From NCBI RefSeq assembly GCF_009914755.1, contig NC_060943.1: 64,000 nucleotides of DNA; one strand, 5' to 3'. The notes under the pieces are model-generated. The model searched no databases. It was not told the origin of the DNA and worked only from the letters and a program-made list of their open reading frames with translations. Below are positions 1 through 14,372 of this stretch, piece by piece (position 1 is the stretch's first letter; each line of letters starts with the position of its first letter). Position numbers and translations under genes: made by a program. The stretch is from the human T2T-CHM13v2.0 reference genome, Homo sapiens.

Positions 1-23
1 CACTTTTTATATTCCATTCGAAC
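1..23 (-). CDS. ADGRE4P: ADGRE4P exon 15, partial (VRMEYKK(W), helix 8 / cytoplasmic tail)
   Basis: Acceptor aaatttccag|GTTCGAATGGAATATAAAAAGTG; VRxEYxKW is typical of EGF-TM7 tails. Confidence 0.85.
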
Positions 24-238
24 CTGGAAATTTGAGTAGAGAGGTCCGTGTTACATCCAGAGCTTGGTTTGGGAGAAAGGATCCTAAAATGGGAGGCTAA
101 AGATAAAGACACCAAGCCCTACTCTCTAGTTTTCCATATAATCTTGGCCATGCCCATGTTGATTCATTTTATTTAAACTCAAACTTCTCAGTTGTAAAAA
201 AGATGTGTATTAAATATCAGACACTATAGGACTCAATA

Positions 239-1020
239 GATGATGATGATGATGATGGTGATGAAGGTGACTGTTGATGATAGTGGTGGTGGTAATGAAA
301 GTAATTAAGATGATGATGGTGATGATGAAGGTGATGGTAATGGTGATGATGGTGATGAAGGTGATAATGATGAAGATGATGATAAAGGTAATGAAATTGA
401 TGATGGTGAAGGTGATGGTAATGGTGATGATGGTGAGGGTGATGATGAAGATGATGACAATGAAGGTGATGATAGTGATGATGATGGTGAAGGTGATGAT
501 GATGAAGTTGATGATAATGGAACGGACGATGGTAAAAGTAGCGGTGATGATTAAAATGATCATGATGAGGGTGATGATGGTGATGTTGATGAAGGTGATG
601 GTAGTGAAGGTGATGATGAAGGTCATGGTGATGGTGGTGATAGTGATGATGAAAGTAATGTGAAGGTGATGATGAAGGTGATGGTAATGGTGATGATGGT
701 GATAGTGATGATGGTGATGGTGATGATGGTGATGGTGATGATGAAGATGATGAAGGTGATGATGGTGAAGGTGATGATTATAAAGGTGATGGTGATGACA
801 GTGATGATGATAAAGGTGATAATGAAGGTTATGGTAATGGTGATGATGGTGATGGTGATGATAGTAAAGATGATGAAGGTGTGATAAAGGTAATGAAGGT
901 GGTGATGGTGAAGGTGATTATTATAAAGATGATAATGGTGATAATGACAAAAGTGACTATGGTGATGATGGTTAGATGATAATGGTGGGGGTGTTGGTGA
1001 TTATATGATGGTGAAGGTCA
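239..1020 (+). repeat. Degenerate (GAT/GGT/GAA)n low-complexity repeat in intron 14
   Basis: Continuous TGA/TGG triplets; accounts for the spurious M/V/K and T/I ORFs. Confidence 0.95.
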
Positions 1021-1764
1021 CCATTTATTGAACACTAGCTATATTCAAGACACTGTATATGCAATATATCATTTAATTCTTACATAAATGGAGTAAGAAA
1101 GACATTTCTCCTACCCACAATTAAAGATCCGAAGTTGAGACTCTTGCAGTTAAATTGATATGCCCAAGGTCACACAGCCAGGACTCGAAACCTTGTCATC
1201 TTACTCAGAGCCCTGACGCTAACCATTACAATCACCCATCCTCTGTGATTCCAAGAATTGCCTTCCTCTAACCTCCTTAACATGCTAAAAATGACATTTA
1301 AAGATTTAATGCTCGACATCATTTCACAAGGACAATTAAATTATATTTTACTTCTTCTGTGAGTGAGAAGTACCAAGCATGAAGGCACTAAAAGATTGAA
1401 GAGAAATTAATGACGTGTTAAGATAGCCTTTTGCCACTAGCGTCTTAACTGCTGGTAGTTTTATTCAACAGCAAAGGGAAAATGCCAGGAAAATTTGTCC
1501 TAATTTTCTATGGAGAGTAAAATTGAAATAACACTCACTGAGATCTTAATAACAACACTAACTGAGATCTTAATGTGTGCTAAGGACTATGTTAGGAGTT
1601 TGCACTGATTCATTTAAGTCTTCAACCCTGTAATGAAGGCATCACCACATCTGCAGATGAGAAAACTACAGATGATGCTCAGAAAGGATAGGCGGTTTAC
1701 CCAGAGTCACACAGCCACCTACTCAGTGGAAGAACTGGGATTAGACTTGAAGTCTCTTTGAGTT

Positions 1765-2170
1765 TGTGGTAGATTGTGCCACATATTTCAGCATCACTTC
1801 TTGTAGTGCCCCTCACTACAGAAGGATTATTCATCCCCTTCTTGGTGAACTGAGGTATGGCCATGTGACTTGCTTTGACTAATTAAATGAGAGCAGAACA
1901 GAAGTGCACCACTACTAGGTAGAAGCTTTAAGAGAGCTAAGCTGTGCTTTCCCACAATCTCCTTTTCCTGTGCCATGAAACCATCAATGTTCTAAAAAGG
2001 GGGCCACACCTTCAGCCTGCACTCCAGAGGAAAGACGATGTGGGTTAAGTCACAGTTATGTAGCACAAGCAAGAAATAAATATTTATTGTTTTAAGTTGC
2101 TAAGATTAAGTGTGGGAGGCAAGGGGCTATTTGTTATTGCAGCATAATCCACTTTATCCTGACTGACCCA
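1765..2170 (+). mobile_element. MaLR LTR relic (MLT1-like)
   Basis: ggccatgtgacttgctttg and gaaataaatatttattgttttaag...ttgttattgcagcataa motifs; subfamily and boundaries uncertain. Confidence 0.6.
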
Positions 2171-2370
2171 TGCTCTTCAGGATATGTTAGGATGCTAAAC
2201 AGATGAAACCCACAGCATACAGCATACCCCAGCAGCACCTAAACCCTCATCCCCAAATCAAGACAAACCCAAAATACAATTATAAAAGGTCAGGGAAGAG
2301 TGAGAACGTGAACAACCATTCAATTAGACTTTGGGACTAGGCTGATGACAGACAAAATAATTAGCCTTAC

Positions 2371-2551
2371 CTGGCGATTAAGGAGACAGTGTACCACAAA
2401 GAGCAACACTCCCTGAAGGGTGTTGATGATGGTGAATGAGTATGCAATGATTGATCCAATCGTCTTCCCTACTTCTTCAACCATAAAAAAACCAAGGCCC
2501 CAAGAACAGCCCAGGATAAATAGCTGAGAAATGGCTTTAAATGTCATGACT
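2371..2551 (-). CDS. ADGRE4P: ADGRE4P exon 14, TM6-TM7
   Basis: [20 protein letters not shown]...[25 protein letters not shown]; ctgcag| and CAG|gtaagg; 181 nt, phase 2-0. Confidence 0.95.
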
Positions 2552-3551
2552 CTGCAGGGAATAAAAGTAATAATAACTACGGTTTACCAGGTATCCACTA
2601 CAAGTGCTAACTAAATGCTCTGTGTGCATTCCCTTATTTAAATCTCACAACAGCTTCATGCAGTTAAGTGACGTATACAACAAGGTCACACAGCTTGAGG
2701 ATGAAGTGGAACCCATGACTTCAGTCATGGCAAATCACTGAGAATAGTGCTTTCTCCCCACCGTTGAAAATAATTTGATTTCTCTGCATGTCTTCTGCCT
2801 AGATTTTTTGGAAGATTTATGGGAAAATGCCTTCTAGAAATTTGTATTAAAACATTTGAATAATGGTGAATTCCTGACTTTAGAACATAACATAATGTTG
2901 GGTTTCTTCACACAAAGTATATTGTGTTTCATATAATGGAGTGGGATTGTTGATGGCAGCTGGCTGGGAGAGCTGATGAGTGTGTGTGTGTATAGGTGTG
3001 TGTGTGTGTGACTTCACTTTTTACTTTTTGTGTTACCCCCTGGGAATATAAACTCTATGAGGGCAGGGATTTTGGTCTGTTTTACTCACTGCTTTATCTC
3101 CAGTCCTTAGAACAATGCCTAGCACATAGTAGATACTCAATAAATATTATGGTTTGTGATAAACTTGCTAATTAGTCCTTCCTGTTCCTGATTTGGTTCC
3201 TAGGTTTTCCACAACTGCTATCTAGCTTGGTGATTTTTCTTACATCCAGCCCTCCTTCCATTTGCACTTACAGAAAGATATATACTTATAGAAAAGACAG
3301 AAAACCTACCTATGTCCACATTTAGGAGACAGCATAATCACTGGTATATGAGGATTCTCCCATGACAACTTTCTCTTTGGCCTAAATGGTGCCATATGGC
3401 TTCATCCCCACTGACCATAGCCAGTTGCCCCACAGTAGACACCTGACCTGTAAGGAGTCAATCAATCCATTTTCCCCCCAGCCAACCAGATTTTGTCTCT
3501 TAAGCATTTGAAGTAAGAGGCTTGGAGAATGGACCTGTGAGACCCCTTTGA

Positions 3552-3875
<324 letters not shown>

Positions 3876-5623
3876 TGATCCACCCGCCTCGGCCTCCCAA
3901 AGTGCTGGGATTACAGGCATGAACCACCGCGCCCAGCCAGATATGCGATTCGATATCACAATGGTTAATTCTGGAGCTTAGGAGACAAAGGGACTCAAGT
4001 GGATGGGGGCTTCTAACAGATCTGGAACAAGTCTCTCAACAACTCTTTCCCAGCCTCCCCTTCCTGCCATGATGTCTGAAATTTCTAGAATCCAAGTCCT
4101 TCCTATTGAAAGAGCATGATGTTTCCACCATGTCAATGTTAACCTCGGATTTATTACTTAGGAAATAGACGAGATAGTTAATCTCTACCCCAAAGTGTGA
4201 CATTAACCTAGTGTAGCACAACAGGGTAACTGTCTATTCACCAGCAAGAGGAAGAGGTTGGCAGCAGGGCATGGCTGCTGGGATGAGGTCAGACATGGAG
4301 CTTGCTGTTTGCAGTTCTAAGGAAGAAGTGAGCCCTTACAGGGTAAGGAATTGAGAAATGGGGGGATGGGGAAACACCAAGAAGGGTGGCACTTTGACCC
4401 TCAAGAATTGAGGAAACCAAATTTAAGAAATGTCAGACTGGTCTGATAAGTAGAGGAGTCTTGAGACAGGGTCTGAAATTAGACAGTCCTTTAATTTTCA
4501 TGCACGTGACTCACCAATGCAAGATCCTTACCCACTCTTGGGGTAAGGATCCAGCATCTATCAAGATTCTATTGAATATTAGCTTTTGTCATCATTATTT
4601 TTAATAGCATAGATTGGTACCCATGAGAATTGAGTTTCTACAACCAAAGAACATGGAGTCCAGGTAGGGTGCGGTGTGGTTCATGCCTGTAATCCCAGCA
4701 CTTTGGGAGGCTGAGGCGGGTGGATCATCTGAGGTCAGGAGTTCGAGACCAGCCTGACCAATATGGCAAAAGCCTGTCTCTACTAAAAATACAAAAATTA
4801 GCCAGGCATGGTGGCGTGTGCCTGTAGTCCCAGCTACTCAGAAAGCTGAGACAGGAGAATTGCTTGAACCCAGGAGAATTGCTTGAACTCGGGAGTGGGA
4901 GGTTGCAGTGAGACGAGATGGTGCCGCTGGACTCCAGCCTAGGCAAAAGAGTGAGACTCAGTCTCAAAAAAAAAAAAGAAAAGAAAAGAAAAAGAAAAGG
5001 AAAGAAAACGGAGTCCAGGGGCATATGGGCTCTTGGTGGAGTGAGAGGAGGATGTTGATACTCTTGGAATTAATTTCATAATAAGAGTGTGTTATACAAA
5101 GGAGGCACTTGATAAATGTTTATTTTTCTTTTCTTTTTTTTTTTGAGACCGAGTCTCGCTCTGTTGCCCAGGATGGAGTACAGTGACATGATCCGTAGCT
5201 CACTGCAGCCTCAACCTCCCCAGCTCAGGTGATTCTCCCTTTGCAGCCTCCCAGATAGCTGGGACTGCAGGCGCACGCCACTATGCCCAGCCAATTTTGT
5301 AAATTTGTTGTAGAGACAGGGGTCTCAGTATGTTGCCAGGCTGGTCTTGAGCAGCTGGACTCAAACAGTCCTGTCACCTCAGCCTCCTCAAGTGCTGGGA
5401 TTACAAGTGTGAGTCACTACACCCAGCAGGAATATTTATTGAATAAGGAAATGAAGTTACCTGAAAATCAGAGTTTCTATTTCTTCTATAAATTGTCCTT
5501 CACATGCTCTTTATCGCGTACCAGAATAATTTATATCATATTTCTGCTTGGGTTCTTTCTTTCCCAAAAGAGCAGCCACGTAGGAATAATGTTTGGGTAC
5601 CACTGATTCTGATGCCTTCTTAC

Positions 5624-5715
5624 CTGGTGTCCTGAATGGTGGAAACTTCTTTATTGAGGGAGGAAAGTTTGCTTCTCAAAATCCACAGAACTTGGAAGTA
5701 GAACACCAGGTTTAT
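5624..5715 (-). CDS. ADGRE4P: ADGRE4P exon 13, TM5-ICL3 ([30 protein letters not shown])
   Basis: cacag| and AG|gtaaga; 92 nt, phase 0-2. Confidence 0.92.
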
Positions 5716-6301
5716 CTGTGGGAACCGCATGAAAAAAGTGACTTGGAATTTTCTTTTGGAGCCATTTTATACAATCTAATTTGAGGAGGGCCTAAGAATC
5801 TTTTCCCAAAAGACACAGGTTTTATAAAGATGGTATGCACATATGTTCTGGTCTATTACGTACAACACGCAGCATATACCCTGTAGCATTTGGTGCTTGA
5901 TTAGGTAACTATCGAATTTATCATTCAAACCAGGAGACTTTGAAAGTGGAAAGGTGCTATTAATGTCTCTACCAGGGAACAGGTGTCATCAGAAAGTTTC
6001 CGGCAAACAGGAAACCATGTCACCCTGTGTAGAGAAGCCAACCATTAAATATTTGTTGAATGGAATGAATAACAGCATTTTGAAAAGAAGTCCCAGGAGA
6101 GGTGATATTATTACATCAAAGCAACAAGTGAGCCAGGAGGAATCCAAGGAAAGAAAAGTGGAGACAGTACTTTCAGGAAGAGGGGCTGATCACATTAAGC
6201 TGTTATTTCTTATCTTCATCTCATTTCCCCTTAGATAAGAAAAACATTTTGTATGCTTGGTCAACCTAAGGCGGGCACACCCATAAATAATTATCGCCTA
6301 C

Positions 6302-6368
6302 CAAGATAATGACTGCTACTGGCCCCATGAAGCTCCAGATGAATCCTTTATCAAGCTTGAGCCAACAG
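6302..6368 (-). CDS. ADGRE4P: ADGRE4P exon 12, ECL2-TM5 (CWLKLDKGFIWSFMGPVAVIIL)
   Basis: CWL...FIWSFxGP adhesion-GPCR motif; caacag| and TTG|gtaggc; 67 nt, phase 2-0. Confidence 0.93.
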
Positions 6369-7227
6369 CTGTTGAGACAGAGAGAAGCATTAGCTGCCTC
6401 TTCCTTGGGAGAAGGCAGAGAACTTGAATACAGGCTCCTGGGGCAAGATGTGAACAGGGCCAGGAGTTACTTCGGTCAGAATCCTGAATTTTAGATGGAG
6501 TCAGATGTGAGTTCTCATTTGATGCAGGTGCATGCTCTGAGGCTGAGTTTTTTCAAGTGTATAATAGAGCTAATCAAAGTACTGGAAAGATTAAATGATG
6601 ACCGTAGCTGTCTACTGAGGCTTGAAGTCAGGGAATGTCAGTTCTCTGGCTTCATTGTTCTCCTTCTAAATAGAGTTGGTCATTCTAGGTCTTTTGCCTC
6701 CTTTATCTAAACTTCAGAATCCGTTTGTCAATATCCACAAAATAATTTTCTGGGAATTTGATTTGGAGTGTGTTGGATCTATAGATCAAGTTGGGAAGAA
6801 GTGCCATCTTGACAACGTTGAGTCTTCTTATCCATGAACATAGAATATCTATTTGGATATCCTTTGATTTTTTTCATCAGAATTTTGTCACTGCCTTCAT
6901 ATAGAACTTGTAGGAAAGATTAAATAAGATAATGTGCTTAAAGTTTTTGAGTACAGTTCCTAGCAATGAGTTAACGGTAATAAATGTAGTTAGCAAGTTG
7001 ATAATGATTGCTATAATGAGAAAGATAGTAAAAACGATAACTACAGCTATAAAAACTAACTCTAATTAAGCATATTGCATGCACCAGGTACTCTGTTGTC
7101 CAGATAATTTGTATTCTTTCTTGGCTTATGATGGCAAAGGTAGCATACCTTATTTTTAAAGGGAAGCTGAGAGCCTGAATCTCTAACATTCAGTAGGCAG
7201 AAAAGCTTCCAAACTTAAGTTCTATCC

Positions 7228-7434
7228 GAAGGGCTGCCAACTATGGCCCACGGGTCTGATCCAGCCCGCCACTTGCTTTCATAAGTTTTACTGAAAGACA
7301 ATCAACTCATTCGGTTACATATTGTCAATGCTGCTTTCACACTACATGGGCAACATTGAGTAGTCACCTCAGAGACCTTGTGGCCAGCAAAGCCAAACAT
7401 ATTTACTGTCTGGCCTTTTATGGAAAATGTTGGT
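7228..7434. mobile_element. MER58A-like hAT DNA-transposon relic, interrupted by L1 (remainder at ~8127-8148)
   Basis: gggctgccaactatggcccacggg... and tatttactgtctggcctttta motifs. Confidence 0.7.
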
Positions 7435-8078
7435 TCCAAATCTTTGCTATTGTGAATAGTGTCGCAATAAACATACGTGTGCATGTGTCTTTATAGCAGC
7501 ACGATTTATAATCCTTTGGGTATATACCCAGTAATGGGATGGCTGGGTCAAATGGTATTTCTAGTTCTAGATCCTTGAGGAATCGCCACACTGTCTTCCA
7601 CAATAGCAACCCAAATGTCCATCAGTGATAGACTGGATTAAGAAAAGGTGGCACATATACACCATGGAATACTATGCAGCCATAAAAAAGGATGAGTCAA
7701 TGTCCTTTGTAGGGACATGGATGAAGGTGGAAATCATCATTCTGAGCAAACTATGGCAAGGACAGAAAACCAAAGACCGCATGTTCTCACTCATACGTGG
7801 GAACTGAACAATGAGAACACTTGGACACAGGGTGGGGAACATCACACACCGGGGCCTGTCGTGGGGTGGGGGTAGGGGGGAGGGATAGCATTAGGAGATA
7901 TACCTAATGTAAATGACGAGTTAACGGGTGCAGCACACCAACATGGCACATATATACATATGTAACAAACCTGCATGTTGTGCAAATGTACCCTAGAACT
8001 TAAAGTATAATTAAAAAAAAAAAACCACCAAATTTCCATCTTCCATAATAGAAAAAAATCAGAAGGGAGTACCTAAAA

Positions 8079-8123
<45 letters not shown>

Positions 8124-8126
8124 AAA
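7435..8126 (+). mobile_element. 5'-inverted L1PA 3' fragment with a second poly(A) and 3' transduction; TSD GAAAATGTTGGT
   Basis: Antisense ORF2 end 7435-~7604; sense ORF2 end and 3'UTR ~7607-8024; unique 8025-8082; poly(A) 8083-8121; TSD copies at 7423-7434 and 8127-8138. Confidence 0.88.
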
Positions 8127-8927
8127 GAAAATGTTGGTCAACTCCTCTACCGTTCTATCTCCAGCATTCTGGTAGGACATAGAGTTCAAGCTGGAAACAA
8201 AGCACCTCTTTGACTTTAAGAGGACAAAGCACCTCTTTGACTTTAAGAGGGACAACATTGGGAGGCCGAGGCAGGCAGATCACCTGAGGTCTGGAGTTCA
8301 AGACCAGCCTGGCCAACATGGTGAAATCCCGTCTCCACTAAAAAATACAAAAATTAGCAGGGCATGATAGCGGGTGCCTGTAATCCCAGCTACTCAGGAG
8401 GCCAAGACGGGAGAATTGTTTGAAACCGGGAGACGGTTGCAGTGAGCTGAGATCACACCACCGCACTCTAGCCTGGGCAGGTGAGCAAGACTCTGTCGCA
8501 AAAAAAAAAAAAAAAGGGACAACAGTAACATACATGATGTTTTAGTGTGTGCACAACCTACTTCCTAACCCAAGCACCATTAACAAAATATTGACTTCTT
8601 CAACTAACTGTTGTGTGTTGAGTTTTGCAAGCTTCATTACTGAAGCAATAAAACATGGCTATTCAGACTATTTCCTTGAAAATTCTGACTTACTTGCCTT
8701 GCAGCTCTGACTTTGGGGAAGTTTATGAAATGCACTCAGGCCCAGGTGTCCTGTGCGTAAGAAAATAAACTGCTGACGTCATAGGGTCATGGTGAGAATG
8801 GCATGAGCTACTGCATAGAGGAAGCACGATTTTTGATGCACCATAGGGCTTTGATAGTTGTAATATTGGTGTTATTCTTTACAGTAGCCATTGCTACTAC
8901 CATCATAAAGACACACATTATGCTTAC

Positions 8928-9163
8928 TGAGTAAATGTTCCATAATTCTGGGGTCCAACTATTGCTGACACAGCAATAATCACAGCTGGGATCCCGTAGC
9001 CTACAGGGTACATGAACCTCTTCTTGAATCTGCCCGTGCTGGTGTAGTTGGCCACCTTGAGGTTCCTGACGGTGAGGAAGAGGTGCAGCCCTTCCAGGAG
9101 CATCCAGGTGAAGCAAGCCAGGTAGAGGAAGTGCAGCAGCCCTGCAATGATGGAGCACAGCAC
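8928..9163 (-). CDS. ADGRE4P: ADGRE4P exon 11, TM3-TM4
   Basis: [28 protein letters not shown]...YGIPAVII; ccag| and CA|gtaagc; 236 nt, phase 0-2. Confidence 0.95.
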
Positions 9164-9450
9164 CTGGAGGGAACAGAAGAGTTAGGGGTGTGCAGCAGAT
9201 GTGGTCTGTACCTGATTATATGCTCAGCACTTAGCATTTCCTGGATGTGGCCTGGAATTTCAATTTGAGCATCTGTAACATTTTGCCTGGGGGCTACACA
9301 TTTTCTGAAGACTTCTGCTAGCCATTGAAGTCTGTTTACATCATGCATAGAGCAGGGTAGAAACCCAAGGAATACATGTCGTGGGAACAGCCCCCAAATG
9401 TATAATAAACAAAAATTGGTAGAATCTACCAATCTAAGACATGTGCTCTA

Positions 9451-9795
<345 letters not shown>

Positions 9796-9957
9796 TCAAA
9801 AAAAAAAAAAATTTCATGTGCTGATGTTCTAATCCCCAGTATCACAGAAGGTGAGTGTACTTGGAGACAGGGCTCTTCAAGAGGTCATTATGTTAAAATA
9901 AGTTCAGATATGTGGGCCCTAATCCAATACAAGTTATGTACATCTAAAAATAGATTA

Positions 9958-10237
<280 letters not shown>

Positions 10238-10764
10238 TTAGAGTGCAGACACACACAAAGGGATGACCAAGTGAGAACACAGGGAGAAGATGGCCATCAA
10301 CAAGCCGAGGAGAGGCGTCTCAAAAAAAGCCAACCCTGCTGACATCTTGATCTCAGACCATGAGCCTCCAGAATTGTAAGAAAATTAATTTCCATTGTTT
10401 AAATCACTCCGTTTGTGGTACCTTGTTATGGCAGCCAGAACAAATGAATATACTTTTATAGAAGTCATGCTTCATGATTTCTCATAATTCTCCAGATGTG
10501 TTCACAGACACAAAATTTTCCATTCAATGTGCGGAATAAGGCTTCCATTTCTAATCGTGATAACATAATGAGGATGGGATTTACCCTCCCACATTAAACA
10601 ACTAAATGCTAAATGACATGTATGACATTATGAGTTACAGATATTGGAGAATAGGCATTGAATATTTATGTTTACAGTGATTTCTAAAAGGAGGGAAAGG
10701 CCGGACAAGGTGGCTCACGCTTGTAATCCCAGCACTTTGGGAGGCCAAGGCATGTATCACCTTA

Positions 10765-11028
<264 letters not shown>

Positions 11029-11132
11029 CTATCAACACATAGACCATAGACTTCTGGCCTCCAGACCTGTGAGACAATAAATTTATATTGCTTAAGCCGT
11101 CCATATGGTGGCTCTTCATTATGACAGCTCTA

Positions 11133-11387
<255 letters not shown>

Positions 11388-12179
11388 TCACTTGAACCCG
11401 AGAGGTGGAGGTTGCCGTGAGCGGAGGCTGCGTCATTGCACTCCAGCCTGGGCAACAAGAACAAAACTTTATCTCAAAAAAAAAAAAAAAAAAGAATTTA
11501 TGAGGCAAAATACCACAGGGTAGGGAGCTACAGTGGGGTTGGGAAGCGGGGAAGGGGAGAGATTGGCAGAGGGTTTGATTACTTATCAGCAAATGCTTGC
11601 AAGGAGACTAACCAAAACTAGGAGAAGGCTCCTAAAGAGGAGTAGGCAGAACAATCTTCTGAGTTCACACAGAACTGGAAATAGCTTGTTCCTATTGTCC
11701 AAATGGTTTGTTCCTATTACCCAATTTTACCTGAAGTTCTGTGTGTTAGGGGAGTCTGATATACAGATTCCCTGTATGTTAGAGCAGATTTTCTGTAAAC
11801 AGGCTCTCTGTATGTTAGAGCAGACTCTCCTAACATCCAGAATTTCAGGTAAAATTATCAGGAGAGTATTATATCATTAATGGGGCCAAATGAGCCCTAG
11901 ACGAAAGAGAATTCCGTGACCACTCTATTCAATCTTAGAATCAAGACTTGAATGTATCAAACTGTTTCCAAGTCACTTAATTATGTCCCCTCAAAAGCCT
12001 AAAACTGTTTAAATAATTTTTTTGAAAAGATACAGCACTCATAATTTAAAATTCACCAAGAATGGCATTCAAACAAAAAATAGCAGGCATGCAACAAAGC
12101 AGGTAAATCCAATCAGGTAATATACACACATCCTACTATTTCTGTCTCTCCAGAAACCCTGACTAACACAGCCTCTTAA

Positions 12180-12524
<345 letters not shown>

Positions 12525-13501
12525 TGAGCCACTGTGCCCGTCCTTCTACTTGGCCTTTCAGCAGAAGCTGATCAACCTAGTTGGCACTTTCTGTCCTTTG
12601 ATGTCCTGGACATTCATCTATCCAGGAATTCTCACCTGCTTATCTTTGAGTCTTCTCGTCTATCTCATGTATCTTCCTCCTCCCAATCTTTAGATTACAG
12701 GCGTGAGCCACCACGCCTGGCCTGAATTTGCTTTTCCTGTCCCTGAATTAACTGAAGTTTTATTCAAAATTTTGTGTATAGGTACATTTGTCTGGGAAAA
12801 AGGGCTTTAGCTTTCAACAAAATTCTCAGAGGGATCCAACTTCAAAGATGCTGAGAACCATTGCTCTGGGGATTTTCAAGAGAAAATAGAATTCAGGCTT
12901 AAGGAAGAACTGGTTTGAAGTATAATTGGCAATTAAAATGTGGACTAGGCTGGGGTGACTTCTAAGCCTTTGTGTCCCCATCCAGAATGTGGAGACTGTG
13001 GCTCCTACATCCTGGTGGTCCCTACCTCATAGGTGTTTGCAGAGGGCCTGGCACCTGTGAAGACCCTCCTTACTGAGTGGCCTCTATTCTGAGAGCATGG
13101 CCTCAAGGACTCTGGAGAGAATTATGGAGAGACCACGTGTGGAACTTTCTTCCTCCTGTCCCAACGCCCCCTCTTCCTCTTCCTCCTCCTCCTCCCTCTA
13201 CCGCCTCCTTCCTCCTCCACAGAGCTTTATTCTTAATCCATTTTACTTATCACTGATCGTTATTTCTGTAGCTTGAAGTGTCTCCTTCGTGTAGAAAACT
13301 CCAATATCCCTTTCTCCTGCTTCAATCTCTCCTGGGCTCAAAATTCCTATTTCCAATTTTCTATTGTATGTCTCAATTCCAGTGTCTGACCAGCACCTCT
13401 AACTAACAGATTTAAACCCGAATTCATTCTATGTCTCGCTCCAAGTCTGTTCCTCTTTCTCGCCATCCATCTACCCAACCTCCCAAATGGGAGACCTCTA
13501 A

Positions 13502-13816
<315 letters not shown>

Positions 13817-14096
13817 TAGTAGAGACGGGGTTTCACTATGTTGGCCAGGCTGGTCTCGAACTCCTGACCTTGTGATCTGCCCGCCTTGGCCTCCCAAAGT
13901 GCTGGGATTACAGGCGTGAACCACCGCGCCCGGCCCATATTTTTATTAACTCCCACTTAGACCATTCATAGCCCTGGTGCTATTCTTTCTGCTGCTAGTT
14001 TCATCTCACTGCAGTTATCTTTACCTTCAACTTTTGTTGTCCTGATAAGTATTTTCTGTCATTCCCAGCTTGAAGTCCTTTCCACTGCTGCCTTGA

Positions 14097-14372
<276 letters not shown>

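Noticed and set aside
210-884. M/V/K- and T/I-rich ORFs
   Set aside because: Translations of the intronic GAT/GGT repeat.
7418-7807. ORFs resembling the L1 ORF2 C-terminus
   Set aside because: Fragments of the truncated, inverted L1; not an active element.
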